From assembly GCA_021650915.1 (NCBI GenBank), contig CP091279.1, forward strand, positions 180,001-212,000: a DNA stretch of 32,000 bases. The letters run 5' to 3'. The DNA is from Candidatus Brocadia sp. GTDB taxonomy: Bacteria; Planctomycetota; Brocadiia; Brocadiales; Brocadiaceae. The translations under genes and the position numbers were made by a program. Positions within the stretch are counted from its first letter, which is position 1, and the number at the start of each line of letters is the position of its first letter. Below, one piece after another: positions 1 to 7,468 of the stretch. The notes under the pieces are model-generated. The model made no database searches. It was not told the origin of the DNA and saw only the letters and a program-made list of their open reading frames with translations.

Positions 1-96
1 AATTGCATAACACTATAGTACTACTGTATAAAAACTCCTTTTTTTGTAAGTTTTTTCACAAACCCCTTTTCAGGAGGTACCGTTTTTATGAATGAA

Positions 97-189
97 AGAT
101 TGCTTCGCTTCACTCGCAATGACAACGTGCAGTGTGCCATCAAAGTGCATGGTCGCTGTCATTGCGGGGGGCCTTTTCCGAAGCAATCT
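97..189. repeat. Long imperfect hairpin repeat (agattgcttcg...cgaagcaatct; cgcaatgacaacg...cgctgtcattgcg)
   Basis: Read directly: 97-107 is the reverse complement of 179-189. 115-127 pairs with 154-166 with 1 mismatch. The repeat produces the LLRFTRNDN reading frame of ORF 88..318, a peptide pattern I associate with spurious ORFs laid over intergenic repeats. Confidence 0.6.
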
Positions 190-235
190 CCCCGTTTTCA
201 TAAAGGAACTTTGGTTGCGGCTGTGCCGCGCTATG

Positions 236-351
236 CTATAATCACGACATCCCTTCGGGATTACAGAATCACTATTTTGTTCGCTCGTAGTGATGATGAG
301 CGAAGGTACGCTGAATAGACACGAGAATTTTTCAAAAAACTAAATGATTAC
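236..351 (+). repeat. 116-bp mosaic repeat module ending in the terminal motif TTTTTCAAAAAACTAAATGATTAC
   Basis: An ungapped hand alignment with the reverse complement of 4837-4952 gives 95/116 identical positions. The module contains catcccttcggga and the gagcgaaggtacgctgaa core. Confidence 0.7.
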
Positions 352-379
352 AACACTACGAAATTTTTAAGCTGCGGTT

Positions 380-406
380 GTAGAGCGACGAGGCTCGTCG
401 CCCTAC
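380..406. repeat. REP-like palindrome with GTAG head (gtagagcgacgag-g-ctcgtcgccctac)
   Basis: The sequence is self-complementary. An inverted copy at 3916-3942 differs at 1 of 27 positions. The flanking motif gaaattcctatacat (RC at 439-453) recurs at 3872-3886, with variants near 7217 and 31378. Confidence 0.7.
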
Positions 407-581
407 AGATAAAAAGCCACCGAGAGTTTGATTGATGTATAGGAATTTCAATCTTCGTGGACGCACCTTTTCCCAATACGCCAGAACACAGGCGTACAAC
501 CTGTGACCATCGGCGCTGCCAAAGACCGTCTGATTAAATTCCGATTTTACGTTTCCTGGAGCACAGGATAACTATCTGCCT

Positions 582-863
582 TTATACCTCCTCTGCCGTA
601 TTTTTGGACTGGCTATGTAATTTTTTTGCATTCTTTCTTGCCCTCAGGTACCGTATTCCTATATACGTAGCGCCGCTTACAGAAAAGATGAGATAACTCA
701 TCGGTTCCGGCACAACGGGAGGTTTGCCTCCGGAGCCACCGCCATGACCGCCTCCGCCGCCACTATGCCTTTGCTGGGCATACGCTCCGCCATCAAGCAT
801 GGTAAACAGAAATACTATCAAAAATCCCAGAGCTAACCTTTTCTTCATCTTTTTCTTCCTCAT
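582..863 (-). CDS. Small secreted Gly-rich protein with PEP-CTERM-type sorting signal
   Basis: The N-terminal signal peptide is KKRLALGFLIVFLFTMLDGGAYA. A G-rich spacer follows, then VPEP, a hydrophobic helix (MSYLIFSVSGATYIGIRYL) and a basic cluster RARK. The start may instead be the internal Met at 848, which is preceded by GAGGAAG. The tail after the basic cluster is longer than in typical PEP-CTERM proteins. Confidence 0.6.
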   Translation of the reverse strand: MRKKKMKKRLALGFLIVFLFTMLDGGAYAQQRHSGGGGGHGGGSGGKPPVVPEPMSYLIFSVSGATYIGIRYLRARKNAKKLHSQSKNTAEEV

Positions 864-933
864 TCAGGATGTTTATTGAAATACCAGGTTTATTGTCATC
901 CGTTATAATAATTCCTATGGCCTTTAAGATCCT

Positions 934-1608
934 CTATTCAGGGAGGGGAAGAGGCACAACCTGGAATGTGCACCGGCTATTGCCGCGGCCGCCTCCGCTC
1001 GGTATGGACACCCTGGTACTTAACCGATAATACCCGTCAGTTAAAGGTGTATCGGCGCCCGAAGGATGCCACCATGCAAAATACCATTCATCCGGGTCTA
1101 ATGTCAGCAGATCGAAATTCCAGTTGGATCTGCTATGAAAACCCCAGTTATAACCAGCCTGATTGGCATCGTCTTTGTATAAACTCCATCGTATGCTTAC
1201 CCTTGTGGCCGCAGATACCTTAAAGGCTACATATAAGTATGCCTGGTCTGAATATACCCATGGCCAGTAAGCGTTTTGGAGTGGATCAGTGTTTGCCTGG
1301 AAACTTGTGTAGGCAGCGTATACATCAACCGGGTTGCCCGATCCCATGACGCTTGGCTCCATGACACTTTGCTCCGACTCCGCAGCGCTTTGTCTGGAGT
1401 TCATCAATCTCTTTAACTCCCGCCCCGCCTCGCCGCTGAACCTGACGCGGGCAAGCCCAAAATTCCCTTCGTCGTGAATCACCCTTATTGACATGCTCTT
1501 CTGAATCTCCCCCATTTCACCGGCGAAAGAGATTTGCCCCTGGACAAGGACGACTACGAGGGCTAGCGCGAGCCCACAGAACCCTTTCTTGAACGCGAAT
1601 TTAGTCAT
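934..1608 (-). CDS. Secreted hypothetical protein (signal peptide, Trp/Tyr-rich)
   Basis: The ORF is 934..1635. I place the start at ATG 1608 because AAAGGAGGAA lies 6 nt upstream and falls inside the longer ORF. The N-terminus MTKFAFKKGFCGLALALVVVLVQGQISFA looks like a signal peptide. No family was recognised. Confidence 0.65.
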   Translation of the reverse strand: MTKFAFKKGFCGLALALVVVLVQGQISFAGEMGEIQKSMSIRVIHDEGNFGLARVRFSGEAGRELKRLMNSRQSAAESEQSVMEPSVMGSGNPVDVYAAYTSFQANTDPLQNAYWPWVYSDQAYLYVAFKVSAATRVSIRWSLYKDDANQAGYNWGFHSRSNWNFDLLTLDPDEWYFAWWHPSGADTPLTDGYYRLSTRVSIPSGGGRGNSRCTFQVVPLPLPE

Positions 1609-1825
1609 ACAGTTCCTCCTTTCATTGAATGCCAAAAATGCCTATGCAAAACGACAAAACTCCTTGGTGATTATGTTAAACCGACAACCCTCCTTTCTCA
1701 TACCATTGATAACGTTATGCAGGGCGCGTCAGGCTTGCCCTGACTCTATCGAAGGCTGAAGCAGCCCACCTTCACCTCGTTCGCTAAGCACGCCTGTTTG
1801 CCCAATCTTCGCTATCTTTTTTCGA

Positions 1826-3283
1826 TCAGGAACCCTTTTCCATCTGAATATGCCAGTACATAAGACCCCGGAAAAGCGCGGGGAATATTTTGAATAATAT
1901 TTTGAGATCAAGAACCAATGACCAATTATCAATGTAATCAAGGTCCATTTGCATCCATTTCTGGAAATCGGGCTGAAATCTGTTGCTTACCTGCCATGTG
2001 CATACAATGCCGGGGCGAAAACTTAACCTTCGTCTCTGCCACCGCTCATATTTCTCCACTTCATCAGGGATCGGGGGGCGCGGCCCGATGAGGGACATGT
2101 CGCCTTTCAGGACATTAAATAATTGCGGCAGTTCGTCCAGGCTCATCATTCGCAGGATACGGCCTGCCGGGGTTACCCGCGGGTCATTTCTCGAATGGAA
2201 GACGGGGCCTTTGCTTTCATTCAAGTGCCTGATCTTATCAAGCATCTTGTCGGCATCCACGATCATGGTGCGAAATTTATAGAGCGTAAAGGGCTTTCCA
2301 TATAACCCGCAGCGTATCTGTCTGAAAAATACCGGGCCCGGCGAGGTTAGTTTAATCGCGACAACGGCCATCATAAAGACAGGAAGCGAAGAAACAAGGA
2401 CAATCAGGGACACCAAAATATCCACAAACCTCTTTATCAGCAGGTGAAACACATCGTAGGGCGTGGCATCAAGACTCAAAAGAGGAAAGCCGTGGAGTTG
2501 TTTAATTTTAGGCTTCGCCACAGAGGTATTAAAGAGGTCTATCGCAACCGTTGCTTTCACTCCAACCTTCTCGCAGGTATCTATATGAACTTCAAGACCG
2601 GCAAGCCACTTCCGCGGGAGGAGAAAGATCACCTCGCTTACCGCATGATTATCGAGAATGCTGGCCAGGTCTTTCAGTGCGCCGATCACCTCGTACTCTC
2701 CAACCTTCATACCGACCCGTTCTTCTTCATCAATAAAACCCATTATCCTGAAGCCCCACTGAGGATTTGTCTTGATGATATGGGCGAATCTTCTTGCCCT
2801 TTTTCCTGAGCCAGCGATGAGGAGTGTCCTGGAGTTATATCCTCTCCGTCTCATATGATGGAGCAGAGCAAGGATGAGACATTTCTCCGCAACAAGCGTA
2901 ACCAGGATGCATAAAGAAAAGGTGGTAATAAAGGTCCTTGATATCACTTCGAATTTTAAAAAAAAGGCGATGACTGAAAAGACTATTGAGGCAAGCAGTG
3001 AGCCTTCAAAAATGTTCCAGCAGGCGTCGATAAGCCGCTTCTCCCTCAAAGAACGGTACATTCCAGCATGAGAAAGCGATACAATCCATAAAGGCGCGAC
3101 AATAGTCAATAGCCATGCGCTCTCCTGCAAGGAGGGCAGTCTGTGCAGCCTTGCCAATTTTCCCGGAGCGAAATATGACAGAGAGTCTCTCAGGAGATAT
3201 GGCAGACAAAATGCAATACCTACAACAAGGCAATCAATGGCGATGACTATTCTTCGAAAAAGCTGATCGTGTTCGTAAATCAT
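1826..3283 (-). CDS. Polyprenyl-phosphate glycosyl-1-phosphate transferase (bacterial sugar transferase family; WcaJ/EpsB-like exopolysaccharide priming enzyme)
   Basis: The N-terminal half has about 4-5 TM helices. The C-terminal catalytic region reads SPGPVFFRQIRCGLYGKPFTLYKFRTM...DELPQLFNVLKGDMSLIGPRP, characteristic of the Bac_transf family. Confidence 0.85.
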   Translation of the reverse strand: MIYEHDQLFRRIVIAIDCLVVGIAFCLPYLLRDSLSYFAPGKLARLHRLPSLQESAWLLTIVAPLWIVSLSHAGMYRSLREKRLIDACWNIFEGSLLASIVFSVIAFFLKFEVISRTFITTFSLCILVTLVAEKCLILALLHHMRRRGYNSRTLLIAGSGKRARRFAHIIKTNPQWGFRIMGFIDEEERVGMKVGEYEVIGALKDLASILDNHAVSEVIFLLPRKWLAGLEVHIDTCEKVGVKATVAIDLFNTSVAKPKIKQLHGFPLLSLDATPYDVFHLLIKRFVDILVSLIVLVSSLPVFMMAVVAIKLTSPGPVFFRQIRCGLYGKPFTLYKFRTMIVDADKMLDKIRHLNESKGPVFHSRNDPRVTPAGRILRMMSLDELPQLFNVLKGDMSLIGPRPPIPDEVEKYERWQRRRLSFRPGIVCTWQVSNRFQPDFQKWMQMDLDYIDNWSLVLDLKILFKIFPALFRGLMYWHIQMEKGS

Positions 3284-3372
3284 GTATTAATCGCAACGTG
3301 CATTTATGGAATTACACCGCAAAGGGTATTTTTTTGTAAGTATTTTATTAAAAATCACAAAACCCGAAGCGA

Positions 3373-3405
3373 GAAGTCGTTCGACTGAGCGCTCACGACG
3401 AAGTC
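3373..3405. repeat. Short palindromic-rich repeat (gaagtcgttcgactgagcgctcacgacgaagtc)
   Basis: An inverted copy at 31242-31270 has 1 mismatch over 29 nt. The repeat contains the sub-palindromes gtcgttcgac and tgagcgctca. Confidence 0.7.
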
Positions 3406-3523
3406 CGAAATTTGAAACAATTTCAAAGTCACAAATTCAAATGCGCGCAACCGGGATTTACATTTTTTACCTCCCCCCTTGTCTGCCTGACTGCTGGATA
3501 TGGCGCTGAAATAAATACTTTCC

Positions 3524-3680
3524 AAAAACAGAGACAGCCTTACCGCCTGGATATTCACTAAAACATCTTCGGCAGTAAGGCTGTCTTTATACGGAGATGT
3601 GAGGCGCATTATCATACGCCCCGACAAAAGACCCTGTTACTTTGCGTCCCACGGTCACCCGTGGTTTGCCTTTATCGTGA
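3524..3680 (-). promoter_or_regulatory. c-di-GMP-I (GEMM-I)-like riboswitch with terminator hairpin, copy 1
   Basis: The minus-strand RNA reads GAUAAAGGCAAACC-ACGG-GUGA-CCGU-GGGACGCAAAG. That is the GGCAAACC / GNRA-capped stem / GGGACGCAAAG signature. A 16-bp hairpin follows (3571-3586 with 3532-3547, one G-U pair), then CUGUUUUU. The element lies 241 nt upstream of the sugar transferase start. Confidence 0.7.
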
Positions 3681-3721
3681 TATATTTACCTTGTTAGGGT
3701 GCGTTATTTGTGCAAAATCAT

Positions 3722-3871
3722 GTAACAATTTAGTTTTTTGAAAAATTACCATAATACGATGTTGCCGCACGGTGTAGGGGCGAAGCATTTGCCATACATT
3801 GGCATAAAGGTATTCACACCCCAAGCAGGCAAATGCTTCGCCCCTACCTTTTCAAAAAACTAAAGTGTTAC
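3722..3871. mobile_element. 150-bp MITE-like element with 23-bp terminal inverted repeats enclosing a REPIN-like hairpin
   Basis: The TIRs are gtaacaatttagttttttgaaaa (3722-3744) and ttttcaaaaaactaaagtgttac (3849-3871), matching at 22/23 positions. The internal arms are perfect 20-bp repeats: gtaggggcgaagcatttgcc (3774-3793) and ggcaaatgcttcgcccctac (3828-3847), separated by a 34-nt loop. Confidence 0.7.
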
Positions 3872-3915
3872 GAAATTCCTATACATTTAATTAAGTCCTC
3901 GACATCTTTCCCGCG

Positions 3916-3942
3916 GTAAGGCGACGAGCCTCGTCGCTCTAC
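3916..3942. repeat. REP-like palindrome, inverted copy of 380-406
   Basis: The sequence gtaaggcgacgagcctcgtcgctctac is the reverse complement of 380-406 with 1 mismatch. Confidence 0.7.
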
Positions 3943-4033
3943 AACCTCTGCCAAGCCAGTTAGTTGGTCATTCGGCAGCCTTTTGGTTGCAGTTTCTGCT
4001 CTGTCTGATGACCCTGTTAATCCTGCCTCTCTA

Positions 4034-4783
4034 TTATTTATGGGCATCCACAAATGACCGGATAATTTCCCTCTGATCGTGACTGACGTCTTTAAGGCGT
4101 ATTCCTGCATAGATCGATTCCTCTGCGGTAAACTCCCTGACACATGTCCCCCGTAAGGTCAATGACGTCGAATTACCATTGAGCCTGAACTGCAAATCGT
4201 AAATCTCCTGATCAATTATCCCCGGATAGCGGACAATTTCTTCCGTACCCTTCTTTCTGGCAACAATATGGCCCGCCAGGACTCCACCCTGGCTCAGGTT
4301 CAGGATATCTGCCCGGCCAAAGAGGGTTCTCCCATCCCTCCGGAATTTAAACTCCGAGGGAAAAGAGGTATTAACCCGGACATGATCTCTTTTTTTCAGG
4401 ACGGTATTGCCGGTTGCAGCCCTCTTTTCCATGATATCGCGTTCGAATGAGGACATGGCTTTCACCTGGTCCTTCTCATCTGACATGATCTGGAAGAGCG
4501 CCTCCTTTTTTGCCATCTCCAGGATACACTGTATCTCGGGCTTTACATTGATTAACCGAAGCTGTACCTCACGGGAGAGGATATTTTCCAACAACGCAAT
4601 CCCTACTCCATCGATCTTATGTGCGTGTTTAAGGTCGATGATGTGATAACATCTGCCCTCGTCCAGGCACTTGTACAGGTGGGATTGAATCTCTAATGCC
4701 CCATTGCCGATTAATCCACCGATGACCTCGATAATCTCTATCCTTGGATTACCTGCCGGAAGGATGTGGTTCGTATTCGGCAC
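4034..4783 (-). CDS. STAS domain - PilZ domain fusion protein (putative c-di-GMP receptor)
   Basis: The N-terminal part looks like a STAS domain (IEIIEVIGGLIGNGALEIQSHL...IIDLKHAHKIDGVGIALLENI...LINVKPEIQCILEM). The C-terminal part carries the PilZ motifs RDHVR (RxxxR) and NLSQGG (D/NxSxxG). The start is GTG. The usual phosphorylatable Ser of anti-sigma antagonists is replaced (IDGVG instead of DSSG). Confidence 0.75.
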   Translation of the reverse strand: MPNTNHILPAGNPRIEIIEVIGGLIGNGALEIQSHLYKCLDEGRCYHIIDLKHAHKIDGVGIALLENILSREVQLRLINVKPEIQCILEMAKKEALFQIMSDEKDQVKAMSSFERDIMEKRAATGNTVLKKRDHVRVNTSFPSEFKFRRDGRTLFGRADILNLSQGGVLAGHIVARKKGTEEIVRYPGIIDQEIYDLQFRLNGNSTSLTLRGTCVREFTAEESIYAGIRLKDVSHDQREIIRSFVDAHK

Positions 4784-4836
4784 ATTCCTGGTCTTTCTTA
4801 GCGAATAGCCATTGGAAAAATGTTCATAGAAAAAAA

Positions 4837-5102
4837 GTAACGATTTAGCTTTTTAAAAATTTCTCATATCTGTTCAGCGTACTTTCGCTCACAAACACTA
4901 CAAGTGGACAAAATGTGGATTCTGCAATCCCGAAGGGATGTCATGATGATAGAAAAGAGCATACCACCATATTTAACCCCGCAGGGGTGACATAGTACCG
5001 CTATGTTCTTGATATTTCACTCCTAAGGGGTTGAATATGGCGGTGCGTTTTTTCTATCATCATGACATCCCTTCGGGACTTTTCAAAAAGCTAAGGTGTT
5101 AC
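4837..5102. mobile_element. 266-bp MITE-like composite with GTAAC..TTTAG terminal motifs at both ends and a long internal hairpin
   Basis: The left end is gtaacgatttagctttttaaaaa (4837-4859). The right end is ttttcaaaaagctaaggtgttac (5080-5102). Internal inverted arms tcccgaagggatgtcatgatgatagaaaa / ttttctatcatcatgacatcccttcggga lie at about 4929-4957 and 5050-5078. An inner pair accatatttaacccc / ggggttgaatatgg is also present. The left 116 bp are homologous to 236-351. Confidence 0.7.
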
Positions 5103-5496
5103 GAAAAAAATAGTCAAAAATTATTTTCAATACATACACAAAAATGAAACCAAAGGAGTATATTGCGTGAAAATAAATCATAAACAATGCGTAAAAGGGA
5201 GGTTGTAAATAATCTTCGGTGAGATATGAGGAAAGGTAGCATCGGTGACCCAGTGGAGAGGATGTAAATGTCCTTCTATGTGCAATTGTAGTACAGATGT
5301 CGATTGCGCATACAATATGTAGTAGAGAAAGTCTCTTCTGTACTTTTTCTCATCTGGTGAGATGCAAAATCTGATGTTACGTATCTAACAGGGCATCATC
5401 CTGAAACCAATAAAAACCCGTTGGTAAGTTGAGTTAAGTTCCGCAGCTACGTTAACTGTCAGGATGCTAACGGTGAAATGTGATTTTTCTAACGGT

Positions 5497-7048
5497 TTAA
5501 TCAACGGTTGGATTTGGCCGGAGATGGAATTCTGCTATCTTGTTATTCAGGCTTGAGCGGCTGATTCCGAGCTCTTTTGATGCATAGGTCTTGTTCCATC
5601 GTGCCCGTTTTAAGGCGTCGCAGACCATGTTTTTCTCAAGGGTACTGAGGGCATCGCTGAGTTTGGCTGGTTGTAGCATGGTTATGAGTCTGCAAACCGT
5701 TATACGCGTCCGCAAGGATTTCCTTGGGAATGTGTGTAATTTCAATAACCTCACTGGCGCCGGACAAAAGGATTAAACGCTCCATCAGGTTTTTCAGCTC
5801 ACGCACATTGCCCGGCCAACGATAGACCAGCAATAGTTCCCTCACCTCCCGGCCTATTTCCTTCCTCGGTTCTTTACGAGCTATGGCATAATAGTCCAAA
5901 AAGTAATTGGCGAGGGGGAGAATGTCTTCCCGCCTTTCCCTGAGCGGAGGCAGTGTCAGGTGGATCGTATTAATCCTGTAAAAGAGATCTTTTCTGAAGA
6001 GACCTTGTTCAATCAATCCTTTTAGCGATCTATTTGTTGCAGCAATAATTCTGACTTTTGCCTTTTTCTGTTCTGTGCCTCCCACCCGGTAAAACGACCC
6101 GTCTTCCAATACCCGCAGGAGCTTTGCCTGGATTTCGATATTCATGTCGCCAATCTCATCCAGAAATAATGTCCCCTTATCCGCAACTTCAAATAAGCCT
6201 TTCTTATCAGAGACGGCGCCGGTAAAGGAGCCTTTTTCATGTCCAAATAATTCCGAATTAAGAAGGGTATCACTAAACGCAGAACAATTCTGAATAACAA
6301 ATGTTTTATCTTTGCACGGACTGTTATAATGTATGGCGGCCGCTATCAGTTCCTTTCCCGTTCCGCTTTCACCTTCGATTAAAACAGGGCTTTCACTCCG
6401 TTCAATGAGCTCTAAGGTATCAAACACCTGTCTGATTGCCGGACTGGCGCCGATGATTCTCCTATACTTTTCTTTATAATTGCCCTCCAGGAGAAAGAGG
6501 CGCTTCTTTGTCGTTTCATTCTTTTCCTGTAAGTATTCGTAAAAGGCTGCGACATCTTCAGCGACATGTTTGACAAAGTCGGATATATATTCCTTCTTGT
6601 GCTGGTCGATCGTTTTCATGTTCCGGTAGCACTGGTCCAGTTCCATGCTATCAAAACCGAGCTCCATGAGCGTTTCCCGATACCTCTTTTGAATGGGATC
6701 GTCGTCTTTTAATGATCGGATACCGGATCCGATCATGACGCCCACATATTTTTGTTGTACCGGAACTGGAACTGCAAAGCCCTGCAGGCCCGCAAAACAT
6801 TGGTAAAAAAACGGTGTTTGGCTTTTCCTGCATTTTTTCAGTTCCTTCTGATACGTCTGAGCGCAAAGTTTTATTCCTTTGGGTATGGAATGGATTACGC
6901 TGCAGACGGGGTTCTGGAAAAACGTACGATAGTTTTTACAGGCGTCATATTCGTCATAAAACTGTATGTCAATACCCCACCAGGCGTAACTGATTTTCCG
7001 GAACGTCCTGATGACATGTGATTCTGCGATTTTAATCCAATCAATCAT
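5497..7048 (-). pseudogene. Sigma-54 enhancer-binding protein (PocR-like sensor + AAA+ + Fis-type HTH) with the HTH in a different frame
   Basis: ORF 5636..7048 carries GESGTGKE (Walker A), GSFTGA (GAFTGA-type sigma-54 contact loop), LFLDEIG (Walker B) and RVIAATN-like motifs. The N-terminus has a CFAGL...PV...YVG pattern reminiscent of PocR. The HTH_8 segment (LEKNMVCDALKRARWNKTYASKELGISRSSLNNKI) lies in ORF 5497..5754, whose codons are offset by 1 nt. The frame junction is somewhere in 5636-5700. Confidence 0.75.
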
Positions 7049-7129
7049 TGTGTCTGTTTATGCGTTTCAGAGATTATGGAATCAAAAACAAAAAGTATTG
7101 AGGCACTTGGTTTTTGTTTGCGATCACAC

Positions 7130-7209
7130 GTAGGGACGAAGCATTTGCTGGCACGATATGTCTTATAAGTCCTATAGGTTATATAAGCCAGCAAATGCTT
7201 CGCCCCTAC
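7130..7209. repeat. REPIN-like hairpin (GTAG-headed 23-bp arms, 34-nt loop)
   Basis: The arm gtagggacgaagcatttgctggc (7130-7152) pairs with gccagcaaatgcttcgcccctac (7187-7209) with 1 mismatch. It belongs to the same arm family as 3774-3847. Confidence 0.75.
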
Positions 7210-7237
7210 AACAAACATTGAAATTCCGATACATAAA

Positions 7238-7415
7238 CAAAAAAGCCTTGCTGCACTGATATTTTTCAAAACATCTTCGGCAGCAAGGCTATCTTTCTCA
7301 ACTACTTCCCTAAATTATTCCAAAGAACTTTTCTGTTCCTTCCACACCTCCCTGTGTGATGAAAGACCCTTTTCTTTGCGTCCCCTGATCGCTCAGGGTT
7401 TGCCTTTATCATCCT
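7238..7415 (-). promoter_or_regulatory. c-di-GMP-I (GEMM-I)-like riboswitch with intrinsic terminator, copy 2
   Basis: The minus-strand RNA reads GAUAAAGGCAAACC-CUGA-GCGA-UCAGG-GGACGCAAAG. An 11-bp hairpin AGCCUUGCUGC...GCAGCAAGGCU follows (7280-7290 with 7244-7254), then U6. The element lies 189 nt upstream of the sigma-54 activator start. Confidence 0.7.
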
Positions 7416-7439
7416 GTTTTATTAACTTTATACTGCGCC

Positions 7440-7468
7440 ATGCTAAGCAATACGCTTTTGCTTGTCAA
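7440..7468 (-). promoter_or_regulatory. Candidate sigma-70 promoter for riboswitch copy 2
   Basis: The minus strand reads TTGACA (7463-7468), 17 nt, TAGCAT (7440-7445). This lies about 25-30 nt upstream of the aptamer. The call rests on pattern match only. Confidence 0.35.

Noticed and set aside
88-318. 76-aa ORF (MNERLLRFTRNDN...)
   Set aside because: It lies entirely over hairpin repeats (97-189 and 236-351). The LRF.RNDN-type peptide is what such repeats encode by accident. No coding signal was recognised.
3306-3627. ORFs 3306..3509 (+) and 3355..3627 (-)
   Set aside because: They overlap each other, repeat 3373-3405 and the terminator of riboswitch copy 1. The region is better explained as a structured leader.
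3868-4143. 91-aa ORF on the minus strand downstream of the STAS-PilZ gene
   Set aside because: It overlaps the 3' end of the STAS-PilZ CDS and the REP palindrome at 3916-3942. No recognisable domain is present.
7045-7269. 74-aa ORF immediately upstream of the sigma-54 activator
   Set aside because: It is built across the REPIN hairpin 7130-7209 and the terminator stem of riboswitch copy 2.
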